A DNA stretch of 34,123 nucleotides from Candidatus Magasanikbacteria bacterium GW2011_GWC2_45_8 (GTDB lineage: Bacteria > Patescibacteriota > Patescibacteriia > Magasanikbacterales > UBA10146): NCBI GenBank assembly GCA_001001925.1, contig LCLH01000004.1, positions 1 through 34,123 of the forward strand. The letters are read 5' to 3'. Below are positions 25,267 to 32,460 of this stretch, one piece after another. How positions within the stretch are numbered: position 1 is the stretch's first letter; each line of letters begins with the position of its first letter. The translations under genes were made by a program, and so were the position numbers. The notes under the pieces were generated by a model that saw only the letters and a program-made list of their open reading frames with translations, was not told where the DNA came from and did no database searches.

Positions 25267-26301
25267 ATGCACAAACGATTATTCATAAAAATTTTAGGGC
25301 GCGTGCAAGGCGTTTTTTTTAGAAAAAACGCGGAAACGGTGGCGAGAGGACTTGGTCTCACTGGCTACGCGCAAAACATGCAGGATGGCAGTGTGGAGAT
25401 TGTGTGCGAAGGCGAGGAATCCGCTTTAAAAAAAATGCTGGAGTGGTGTTACCGCGGCAGTCTGCTCGCCCATGTGGATGGGCTTTCGTTTGCATGGGAA
25501 GAACCGCAAAACGAGTTCAATAATTTTTCCATACGCTATACCAACTCATTTTTGAGAGATAAAATCGCCGCTGTAAAACAGCTCTCAAAACATTTGGTTG
25601 AGCACGATGCCATTGCGCCTGAAAAACTCCCCCGCCATGTGGTGATTATTCCGGATGGCAACAGGCGCTGGGCGCGTGAACATGGAGTGCCGATCTGGCG
25701 CGGACACCAAAAAGGAATGGATAGAGCGGTTGATCTTTTACGAGAAATGAGGCGTCTAAACATCAAATATGTTACTCTGTGGGGCTTCTCAACAGAAAAT
25801 TGGTCTCGTAAGAAAGATGAAGTGGAAAAATTGATGGATATTTTTTTAATCATCATTAAAAAATTCCGCGCCGAAGCGCTTAGAGATCATATCCGTTTTC
25901 ATCATTTCGGCCGTACCGACCGACTGCCGGAAGTCTTGCTCGCCGCGATTACTTCGCTTGAAAAAGAAACCGCGATCTTCACTGAATTTCATTTTGGGCT
26001 CGCACTGGACTATGGCGGACGCGACGAAATTTTGCGCGCGTTTGAAAAGATACAACAAGGAGGAGAACCTGTTTCCGAGGAAGCAATTTCTCATGCCCTT
26101 GACACGCAGGGCTTCCCTGACACGGAATTAATCATACGCACCAGCGGTGAACAGCGCCTTTCCGGCATTATGCCGTGGCAAGGGGTGTACGCCGAGCTTT
26201 ATTTTGCGCCTGTTCACTTTCCTGATTTTGACGAACACCAGCTCCATTTCGCGCTTGCAGACTTTGCCCGGCGCGAGAGAAGGTTTGGAGGAGGACATTA
26301 A
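25267..26301 (+). CDS. uppS: Acylphosphatase-like domain fused to isoprenyl transferase (undecaprenyl-diphosphate synthase, UppS family)
   Basis: From the ATG at 25267, the N-terminal ~90 aa (ILGRVQGVFFRKNAETVARGLGLTGYAQNMQDGSVEIVCEG) match the acylphosphatase pattern. After a linker come HVVIIPDGNRRWARE, TLWGFSTENWSR, DYGGRDEI, IRTSGEQRLSG and RRERRFGG, which are the cis-prenyltransferase motifs. Confidence 0.85.
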   Translation: MHKRLFIKILGRVQGVFFRKNAETVARGLGLTGYAQNMQDGSVEIVCEGEESALKKMLEWCYRGSLLAHVDGLSFAWEEPQNEFNNFSIRYTNSFLRDKIAAVKQLSKHLVEHDAIAPEKLPRHVVIIPDGNRRWAREHGVPIWRGHQKGMDRAVDLLREMRRLNIKYVTLWGFSTENWSRKKDEVEKLMDIFLIIIKKFRAEALRDHIRFHHFGRTDRLPEVLLAAITSLEKETAIFTEFHFGLALDYGGRDEILRAFEKIQQGGEPVSEEAISHALDTQGFPDTELIIRTSGEQRLSGIMPWQGVYAELYFAPVHFPDFDEHQLHFALADFARRERRFGGGH

Positions 26302-26330
26302 ACTTTCTCGGCAAACGCTTCTCGGAGCAC

Positions 26331-26354
26331 ACAAAAATTCTGTTGAATTTTTGT
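26331..26354 (+). terminator. AT-rich perfect hairpin downstream of uppS
   Basis: acaaaaattc (26331-26340) pairs perfectly with gaatttttgt (26345-26354) across a 4-nt loop. The T-run lies inside the descending arm. Confidence 0.35.
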
Positions 26355-26432
26355 TCAGACTCGCCGCCGGTCGCGGCTCGTAGTCCCCTCAAAGCATTTT
26401 GCCTCAAAACTTCAAAATATAACTAAAAACTT

Positions 26433-26639
26433 ATGAAAACATCTTACTCGATATACTTGGCCGGCGAATGGATTGAAACCGTGCAAAAACTCGCAGTAAT
26501 CAATCCATACAATGCGCAAGAATTTGCATATACTTTTCTTGCAAGCGATCGGCCGGCGGTCATTGAATGCCCCATAGATTACAGTGAAAATACTCATGTT
26601 TTTAATGAAGAGCTGGATAATCTTGTGTGTGAGGTTTGA
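26433..26639 (+). pseudogene. Chimeric gene relic: aldehyde dehydrogenase N-terminus joined to the C-terminal tail of a ThDP-dependent (acetolactate synthase-like) enzyme
   Basis: In this 68-aa ORF, residues 1-39 (MKTSYSIYLAGEWIETVQKLAVINPYNAQEFAYTFLASD) follow the ALDH N-terminal pattern Y.GEW....... V.NP...E. Residues 40-68 (RPAVIECPIDYSENTHVFNEELDNLVCEV) resemble the extreme C-terminus of catabolic acetolactate synthases (..P..I.VPVDYS.N..). It has no SD and sits in the only sizeable non-coding stretch of the window. Confidence 0.45.
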
Positions 26640-26675
26640 TGGGCTTATTTAAGGTGCCAAAATGAGGCGCCAAGT

Positions 26676-26704
26676 TTGACAAATAAGCGGAGTTGTGCTA
26701 TACT
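26676..26704 (+). promoter_or_regulatory. Near-consensus sigma-70 promoter for the DEAD-box helicase gene
   Basis: TTGACA (26676-26681), a 17-nt spacer, then TGcTATACT (26696-26704). It would give a 5' UTR of about 95 nt containing hairpins at 26719-26740 and 26767-26799. Confidence 0.55.
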
Positions 26705-26806
26705 TCTTCATTAACTTACACGTGCGCTTTAAAGCACGTGAGACTCGAACCTCATTGTTGTCATATATTAGGTAACAAAAAGGAAACGGGTCACCTAATA
26801 TTTTTT

Positions 26807-28102
26807 ATGACACAAGAGACAAAACAGCCGAATGGTTTTTTTGGGCTTGGTATTGCGCCCAATCTTTTAGATATTCTTGCACGGTTGCACTACACCGAGC
26901 CAACGCCCATACAATTGCGCGCGATTCCTATTGGAATTCAAGGTAAAGACATGGTGGGTATTGCGCAGACTGGTACCGGCAAAACGCTTGCCTTTGCTCT
27001 TCCTCTCTTACAAAGACTTTCCGCTACCAAAGGCCGCGGTTTGATTTTGCTTCCTACGCGCGAACTCGCGATTCAAGTTGATGAAACTTTGCAAAAACTG
27101 GGTCGCTCTGTGGGGCTCAAAACCGCGGTGCTTATCGGCGGTGCGTCCATGCACATGCAAATTAGTGCCCTCCGCAGAAATCCACATGTAATTGTGGCAA
27201 CGCCAGGGCGCTTGAATGACCACTTGGAACAACGCACCGTCACGCTTGAAAAAGTAAATACACTCATACTTGATGAAGCCGATCGCATGCTTGATATGGG
27301 CTTCTTGCCGCAAATCAAACGCATTTTACAAACCGTACCCAAAGAACGGCACACCATGTTATTTTCCGCTACCATGCCTTCCGCAATCACACAGATTGCC
27401 GCCGCGTATATGCAATTGCCGGTACGTATAGAAGTCGCCCCCTCCGGTACCGCGGCAGAGCGAGTTGTGCAAGAGATATTTATCGTATCCAAACAAGACA
27501 AGCTCCGCTTGCTTGAGAAATTATTGAATGAATACATGGGCACGGTTCTTGTGTTTTCACGCACCAAACATGGTGCCAAAAAAATCGCCCATGCCATTAA
27601 AAATATGGGTGTACGATCTTCGGAAATTCATTCCAATCGTTCGCTCGCACAACGCCGCGAAGCTTTGGAAGGTTTTAAATCAGGCAAGTACCGTGTGCTT
27701 GTGGCCACGGATATCGCCGCACGCGGGATTGATGTTACCAATATTGAAGTGGTCATTAATTTTGATCTGCCGGATCAGTCTGAAGATTATGTGCATCGCA
27801 TCGGCCGAACAGGACGAGCTGGCCGCGAAGGCAGGGCGATATCGTTTGCTCAACCGGATCAGGGCAGAGATGTGCGCGATATTGAACGTCTTGTGCGCAC
27901 ACGCATTCCTATAATCAAACTGCCGGAATTGCCGCCCGCACGTATACAGCCACAAGACTTTAAATATGACTTACCTTCTGACCGACCGAGTTCACACCAA
28001 AGACCATACCGTGGACAAGGCGGCGGGTCTCGCCCGCGACATGGTGACGGAGGTGGACATAGTCGTCAAGGAAGCTCTGACCGCCCTTATAGACGCCACT
28101 AA
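26807..28102 (+). CDS. DEAD-box ATP-dependent RNA helicase with an Arg/Gly-rich C-terminal tail
   Basis: From the ATG at 26807 it has a Q-motif context (FGLGIAPNLLDILARLHYTEPTPIQ), AQTGTGKT, PTRELA, DEAD, SAT, HRIGRTGRAG and the tail RGQGGGSRPRHGDGGGHSRQG. Confidence 0.9.
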   Translation: MTQETKQPNGFFGLGIAPNLLDILARLHYTEPTPIQLRAIPIGIQGKDMVGIAQTGTGKTLAFALPLLQRLSATKGRGLILLPTRELAIQVDETLQKLGRSVGLKTAVLIGGASMHMQISALRRNPHVIVATPGRLNDHLEQRTVTLEKVNTLILDEADRMLDMGFLPQIKRILQTVPKERHTMLFSATMPSAITQIAAAYMQLPVRIEVAPSGTAAERVVQEIFIVSKQDKLRLLEKLLNEYMGTVLVFSRTKHGAKKIAHAIKNMGVRSSEIHSNRSLAQRREALEGFKSGKYRVLVATDIAARGIDVTNIEVVINFDLPDQSEDYVHRIGRTGRAGREGRAISFAQPDQGRDVRDIERLVRTRIPIIKLPELPPARIQPQDFKYDLPSDRPSSHQRPYRGQGGGSRPRHGDGGGHSRQGSSDRPYRRH

Positions 28103-28115
28103 AATCAATAAAAAA

Positions 28116-28144
28116 ACAGTCCCGCTTGAACGGGGCTGTTTTTG
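28116..28144. terminator. Bidirectional intrinsic terminator between the helicase and DUF378 genes
   Basis: The stem pairs acagtcccg with cggggctgt (one G-U pair) across the loop cttgaa. An A-run lies upstream and TTTTTG downstream. The flanking genes converge. Confidence 0.55.
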
Positions 28145-28155
28145 TTTGTGTTGTT

Positions 28156-28371
28156 TTATTTTGAACACATTTTGCAGTCTCCTTTGTGGCCTGCCAAAAG
28201 ATAAATTGTTGCCAAACCTACAAGTACGTAAATGACGCGCGAAACCGTTGCGTCTTGACCTCCAAATAATGCGCCTATGTCCCATTTGAAAAGACCAACA
28301 AGAAGCCAGTTTAAGCCTCCAATGATTACCAAGAGAAAACTAAGACCGTGTAAACCTTTGTTTCCTGACAT
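28156..28371 (-). CDS. DUF378-family small membrane protein
   Basis: MSGNKGLHGLSFLLVIIGGLNWLLVGLFKWD.. carries the GGLNWLLVG signature of DUF378. I use the ATG at 28371, which is preceded by GGAAGGGGGTGAAAATC. The ORF-track start at 28380 is a GTG inside that SD. Confidence 0.75.
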   Translation of the reverse strand: MSGNKGLHGLSFLLVIIGGLNWLLVGLFKWDIGALFGGQDATVSRVIYVLVGLATIYLLAGHKGDCKMCSK

Positions 28372-28410
28372 GATTTTCACCCCCTTCCGCTATAGAGTTT
28401 AATTATATAT

Positions 28411-28419
28411 AGTATAGCA
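28411..28419 (-). promoter_or_regulatory. Candidate extended -10 (TGcTATACT) for the DUF378 gene
   Basis: The reverse complement of 28411-28419 is tgctatact, about 40 nt upstream of the ATG at 28371. Confidence 0.4.
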
Positions 28420-28454
28420 CGTCGACAAAAAGAACGCGAGCAAATCATTTAAAA

Positions 28455-28486
28455 GAAAAATAACCTTAATTTTAAGGTTATTTTTC
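28455..28486 (-). terminator. Perfect AT-rich hairpin immediately 3' of tRNA-Gln(UUG)
   Basis: gaaaaataaccttaa (28455-28469) and ttaaggttatttttc (28472-28486) are exact reverse complements. The hairpin starts 2 nt after the encoded CCA end. Confidence 0.5.
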
Positions 28487-28487
28487 T

Positions 28488-28561
28488 TGGCTCGGGGAAA
28501 GGGATTCGAACCCCTATTCACGGCTTCAAAGGCCGCTGTCCTACCATTAGACGATCCCCGA
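28488..28561 (-). tRNA. tRNA-Gln (anticodon UUG), CCA encoded
   Basis: Hand-folded from the reverse strand: TCGGGGA TC GTC TAATGGTAG GAC A GCGGC CTTTGAA GCCGT GAAT AGGGG TTCGAAT CCCTT TCCCCGA G CCA. Confidence 0.85.
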
Positions 28562-28572
28562 ACATAAATTGT

Positions 28573-29487
28573 TTATACTCTCAAATACTTGTACAACGCA
28601 AGGCTCGTTGCAATCACATTCAAAATTGCCACCGCCAAAAATTCTCCCCCAAAAATAGTCCAAAAATTTGCGTTAAAATAACCGGTCAAACTAAACCCCG
28701 TACCGCTAAAAAACTGCGCGATATATGGGTCTATAAATCGCAAACCAATATACCATATAATCACTGTTAAAACAACCGCGCTGAAACTGTACAAAATTGT
28801 CTCAATCCAAAACGGCCCTCGTACAAACCAATTTCCCGCTCCCACCAATTTCATGACTCGAACTTCTTCACGATGCGTATAGACGTTTACGCGAATGGTA
28901 TTAAAAATAATCAAAAATGCAATGATAGTAAGAATAATACTTACGGTTATAGCCGTCTGTTTAGTGCGGTTCGTCAAAAATCCAATACGTTTAATAATCG
29001 CCGCATGATCATCAAAAGTCTTTTTTTCAATCATCGAGTCAAATTCCGAACCCTCTATTGAGGACAGTACTTTATCATAATCTTTGGTTGTCTCCGCGCG
29101 TACCACTAAACTGGCGCCCAAAGGATTTTCCTTGAGCTCATTGAGCGAGGCTATAATATCCGGATTGTTTTTGTGTTTTTCTTTAAATTGTTCCAGCACT
29201 TGATCACGTGTGAGGTAATCAACTCCGGCAACCTCGCGCTGTCCTTCCAGTGTTTTCTTGAACGCAAGTATTTTGTCTTCCGGCACGTCAATTTTAAACA
29301 ACAAGCTGATGTCTATGCGCGACTCCACCACCTTAAGCGCGGTTTGCGCTAGCGCACTCACGGAAAAAACGGTGTTCACTGATACAATCGTCAATACCAA
29401 AATGAAAATGGTGGTGAGAGACAACCCCAAGTTGCGGTAAAAATTCTTCAAAGCAAATTGCACAGTGCGTGTTAAAATGACAAACAT
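28573..29487 (-). CDS. ftsX: Cell division ABC transporter permease FtsX
   Basis: It has the FtsX topology: TM1, a large extracytoplasmic loop (about 110 aa), then three C-terminal TMs. It lies immediately downstream of ftsE. Length is 304 aa. Confidence 0.85.
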   Translation of the reverse strand: MFVILTRTVQFALKNFYRNLGLSLTTIFILVLTIVSVNTVFSVSALAQTALKVVESRIDISLLFKIDVPEDKILAFKKTLEGQREVAGVDYLTRDQVLEQFKEKHKNNPDIIASLNELKENPLGASLVVRAETTKDYDKVLSSIEGSEFDSMIEKKTFDDHAAIIKRIGFLTNRTKQTAITVSIILTIIAFLIIFNTIRVNVYTHREEVRVMKLVGAGNWFVRGPFWIETILYSFSAVVLTVIIWYIGLRFIDPYIAQFFSGTGFSLTGYFNANFWTIFGGEFLAVAILNVIATSLALYKYLRV

Positions 29488-29499
29488 AAATACAATAAA

Positions 29500-30180
29500 T
29501 TACAAAACATATTTTCCGCCTTCTTGATCCGATACTACAGTACCGTGTTCCAATGTTACCACGCGGCGGCGCAGGGAGTTGACCACTTCTTTGTTGTGCG
29601 TTACGAGCACTACTGTGGTGCCAAACTCATTAATTTTCTTCAAAATTTCAATGATTTCATGCGTATTGATAGCGTCCAAATTACCCGTTGGCTCATCTGC
29701 AACCAAAATCTTTGGACGATGTACCAGCGAACGCGCAATGACGGCGCGCTGTTGCTCTCCACCGGAAACCTGATGCGGATACCGGTCGCGCTTGCCCTCC
29801 AACCCTACAATTTGCAACACCTGTGGAACAATTTCATTGATGCGCTCGTTGCCAACGCCACACACTTCCAGTGCAAACGCGACATTTTCAAACAGCGTTT
29901 TGTTGTGCAATAATTTAAAGTCCTGAAATATTACTCCAATCTGCCGGCGCAATACTGAAACTGATTTTTTTGGAATGCTCGCAATATCCCACCCGCTCAC
30001 CTTTACGATCCCTTTGCTAGGACGCTCCTCCGCAATCATGAGCTTGACCAACGTGGTTTTACCGCTTCCGCTTTGCCCCACAATAGACACAAATTCACCT
30101 GATTCTATTTGCAGATGAATGTCCCTCACTCCAATACTTTGCGGCTCGTAAATTTTGGATACGTTTTTGAAATATATCAT
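29500..30180 (-). CDS. ftsE: Cell division ATP-binding protein FtsE
   Basis: It has Walker A GQSGSGKTT, the Q-loop, the ABC signature VSGGEQQR, Walker B ILVADEPTGNLD and the H-loop VTHN. Length is 226 aa. Confidence 0.9.
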   Translation of the reverse strand: MIYFKNVSKIYEPQSIGVRDIHLQIESGEFVSIVGQSGSGKTTLVKLMIAEERPSKGIVKVSGWDIASIPKKSVSVLRRQIGVIFQDFKLLHNKTLFENVAFALEVCGVGNERINEIVPQVLQIVGLEGKRDRYPHQVSGGEQQRAVIARSLVHRPKILVADEPTGNLDAINTHEIIEILKKINEFGTTVVLVTHNKEVVNSLRRRVVTLEHGTVVSDQEGGKYVL

Positions 30181-30196
30181 CTTCTTAAAATTATTA

Positions 30197-30272
30197 TGGA
30201 GCCGAAGGTGGGAGTCGAACCCACGACCTCTGCTTTACGAAAGCATTGCTCTACCAACTGAGCTACTTCGGC
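30197..30272 (-). tRNA. tRNA-Thr (anticodon CGU), CCA encoded
   Basis: Reverse strand: GCCGAAG TA GCTC AGTTGGTA GAGC A ATGCT TTCGTAA AGCAG AGGTC GTGGG TTCGACT CCCAC CTTCGGC T CCA. There is one A-G mismatch at the top of the anticodon stem. Confidence 0.85.
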
Positions 30273-30278
30273 ATCAAA

Positions 30279-30349
30279 AGCGGGTGACGGGAATCGGACC
30301 CGTGTCTCAACCTTGGGAAGGTCGCATACTACCATTGTACTACACCCGC
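30279..30349 (-). tRNA. tRNA-Gly (anticodon CCC), CCA not encoded
   Basis: Reverse strand: GCGGGTG TA GTAC AATGGTA GTAT G CGACC TTCCCAA GGTTG AGAC ACGGG TCCGATT CCCGT CACCCGC T. The T-loop reads TCCGATT, with C at the normally invariant U55 position. It lies 6 nt upstream of tRNA-Thr. Confidence 0.75.
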
Positions 30350-30366
30350 GCTTCCTGCCGCACCTA

Positions 30367-31377
30367 TTATTCTATCCTCACCCACAACTTGATAATGCTT
30401 TGTTTAAGCAAATCCCCCAAAAATTGATCCGCGTCCGCGCGTATCAAGATATGCTCGGCGTGTGCGCGCGCAGGTTTCCCCTTTTTTTCTTCACGCTCAA
30501 GCAACTTAATAATATGAAAACCAAACTGAGATTGAACAATACCGCTTATCTCGCCCGGCTTGAGTGCAAACGCCGCGTCAGAAAATGGCTTGACCATTGT
30601 TTCAGCGTCAAACCAACCCAAATCTCCACCCTGCGAGGCGCTTCCGTCTTGGCTATATTGTTTTGCTAAATCCTCAAACTCTTCTTTGCCTTCTTTGACT
30701 TTTGCCAATACTTCTTCCGCTCGAGCGCGCGCTTTTGTATTCATCATATCTATCGTGGTTGTTGTTGAAAAAACTTTTTGCTGTAACAAAAATGGCATGA
30801 TCACACGCTGTTTAAACTCCGCGCTTGACCACCCATAGCTTTCTTGAATCATTTTATTCGCCGCGTCTTCACTTCCTAGCGCTGTGGATAATTTTTTAAA
30901 TTCTTCATCGGTATCTTTAGACGTTACCTCCGCGTTATTTTTTGAGGCAAGTTCCCCCAACAACGCGGTACGCACCAAACGATCCCATACGTTTTTTCGC
31001 AATTCCGAGTCTGATGGCGTGGCGATGGCGGGGTCCTTTTTCTTGTTTGATTCATAAAAATTCTTGACCGCTTTAAAATCTTCCACATAACTCGCGTAAG
31101 GAATGCTTGTTTTGTTCACAAAACCCGCGGGCAAATGCACCACCCGCGCAAACCGCAATGACGTGTTGTCCGTCAAATTATTGCGCACAATAAGATAACT
31201 CCATACACCCACGCTTGCCAAAATTACAATTATCAACCCCACAAACACTCCTTTTAAAAGCACACCGGCCTTGTTTTTTGATGGTTGAAGAGGATCGTTT
31301 GAAGATTGCTCCGGTGGTGTTTCCGTTGGCAATTCATTGGTGGCATGAATATGAAAATCCTGTGAATTTTCTGTCAT
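30367..31377 (-). CDS. Membrane-anchored peptidyl-prolyl cis-trans isomerase, parvulin (PpiC/PrsA/SurA-like) type
   Basis: It has an N-terminal TM (VLLKGVFVGLIIVILASVGVWSYLIV), a SurA-N-like helical region, and then the parvulin core GGDLGWFDAETMVKPFSDAAFALKPGEISGIVQSQFGFHIIKL. Confidence 0.8.
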   Translation of the reverse strand: MTENSQDFHIHATNELPTETPPEQSSNDPLQPSKNKAGVLLKGVFVGLIIVILASVGVWSYLIVRNNLTDNTSLRFARVVHLPAGFVNKTSIPYASYVEDFKAVKNFYESNKKKDPAIATPSDSELRKNVWDRLVRTALLGELASKNNAEVTSKDTDEEFKKLSTALGSEDAANKMIQESYGWSSAEFKQRVIMPFLLQQKVFSTTTTIDMMNTKARARAEEVLAKVKEGKEEFEDLAKQYSQDGSASQGGDLGWFDAETMVKPFSDAAFALKPGEISGIVQSQFGFHIIKLLEREEKKGKPARAHAEHILIRADADQFLGDLLKQSIIKLWVRIE

Positions 31378-31416
31378 AAAATTGAAGTTAAATAAGCTTA
31401 AAAAGACAAAAATTTT

Positions 31417-31809
31417 TTAATTTATATGAAAAAAATATCGCCGCCAATCGCCAGCATTTGAAGTGGTATCCTTTGTTGTTGAGGTCGTTTTTCCCTCCTC
31501 CGGACCTGTGTCTCCAGTATTAAACAGTATGACTGATTCTCCGGGTTTTTGCAACCCAAACTTAAGGCGAGCTTCTTTTTCTACGAATGAATCACTTTTA
31601 GCATCCTGTAATCGTTCAAGTAAATTAAGCTTATTTTGGCTTAGTTGCGCTTTCTCATGTTCAAGAGCTTTAATTTCTTTGCGGACAACGTAATCTTGCA
31701 TGGATGCTTTTAGAAAACCGAATAAAAATAAAGTAGCCACCACGCACATAACAAAAGCAAAGATGAACGAACGCAAAAAGTGTTTTGTTGAATTGCCACG
31801 CGAGATCAT
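31417..31809 (-). CDS. Septum formation initiator family protein (FtsB/DivIC-like)
   Basis: A single TM (FIFAFVMCVVATLFLFGFL) is followed by a leucine-zipper coiled coil (IKALEHEKAQLSQNKLNLLERL) and the FVEKEARLKFGLQKPGESV motif. An alternative TTG start at 31830 overlaps the upstream stop as TTGA. Confidence 0.65.
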   Translation of the reverse strand: MISRGNSTKHFLRSFIFAFVMCVVATLFLFGFLKASMQDYVVRKEIKALEHEKAQLSQNKLNLLERLQDAKSDSFVEKEARLKFGLQKPGESVILFNTGDTGPEEGKTTSTTKDTTSNAGDWRRYFFHIN

Positions 31810-31826
31810 AGATGTTTCATCTTTAA

Positions 31827-32444
31827 TCAATGGGCATTAAGAATTTTTTGACGCGCCAAGAGAGCTTCTTGGACATCTTCAATTTCTTCCGCGCTTAAAT
31901 GGGCAATGCCTTTGAGCACACGTTCCAATTGCCCTTCTTCTCCGGCACCTCTATGTGTTTGTTCATATAGCTCAAGAATATGAGAAAGCTGAATCTGCAA
32001 GGCGTCGGAATTGCGTAAAGGATGCGATTCAAAATCATACTCCTGACCATGCGCGTATGTTTCAAACTTGATTACGCCGATACGGAAAATCGTCGCCCAT
32101 GCCCCCTTGATTTCACTTCCAATAGACTGAATTTTATTCCAACCGATTTCATGCAATTCGCGATTGAATAAACCTGTCCGTTCAAGGTCTATAAGTCTAT
32201 CACCTGTAACCAGCAATATATTGCTGCGCCGCAAAAACAGAAGGCGTGCGATTAGAAAAACAGCAATAACTAACGGCGCCGCGAATAGATAGACACCCCA
32301 GCGTTCAATTTGAAACAATCTGAACATGAAAAAAAATGGCGCGCCAATGATCAGGCAGATGCCAAAAATCTGCCCCGCGTAAGCCCACAATGACTTGCGC
32401 AGAGTTAAAAGAATTTTCTCGTTTTCTTTAAGTGGAATGTTCAT
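31827..32444 (-). CDS. Membrane protein with a bacterial PH (bPH_2 / YdbS-like) domain
   Basis: A two-TM hairpin (IFGICLIIGAPFFFMF.. / VYLFAAPLVIAVFLIARLLFL) is followed by LLVTGDRLIDLERTGLFNRELHEIGWNKIQSI, typical of the bPH_2 arrangement. The family call is tentative. Confidence 0.55.
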   Translation of the reverse strand: MNIPLKENEKILLTLRKSLWAYAGQIFGICLIIGAPFFFMFRLFQIERWGVYLFAAPLVIAVFLIARLLFLRRSNILLVTGDRLIDLERTGLFNRELHEIGWNKIQSIGSEIKGAWATIFRIGVIKFETYAHGQEYDFESHPLRNSDALQIQLSHILELYEQTHRGAGEEGQLERVLKGIAHLSAEEIEDVQEALLARQKILNAH

Positions 32445-32460
32445 GTTTTTTAAAAAAAAT

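Noticed and set aside
27073-27597. A 174-aa minus-strand ORF inside the DEAD-box helicase gene, and similar antisense ORFs at 1998-2381, 14401-14760 and 16927-17430
   Set aside because: All lie opposite CDSs with strong motif support and have compositionally biased translations without recognisable domains.
30155-30669. ORFs 30155-30427(+) and 30313-30669(+)
   Set aside because: They run straight through two well-folding tRNA genes on the opposite strand and into the antisense of the ppiC-like gene, so they are spurious.
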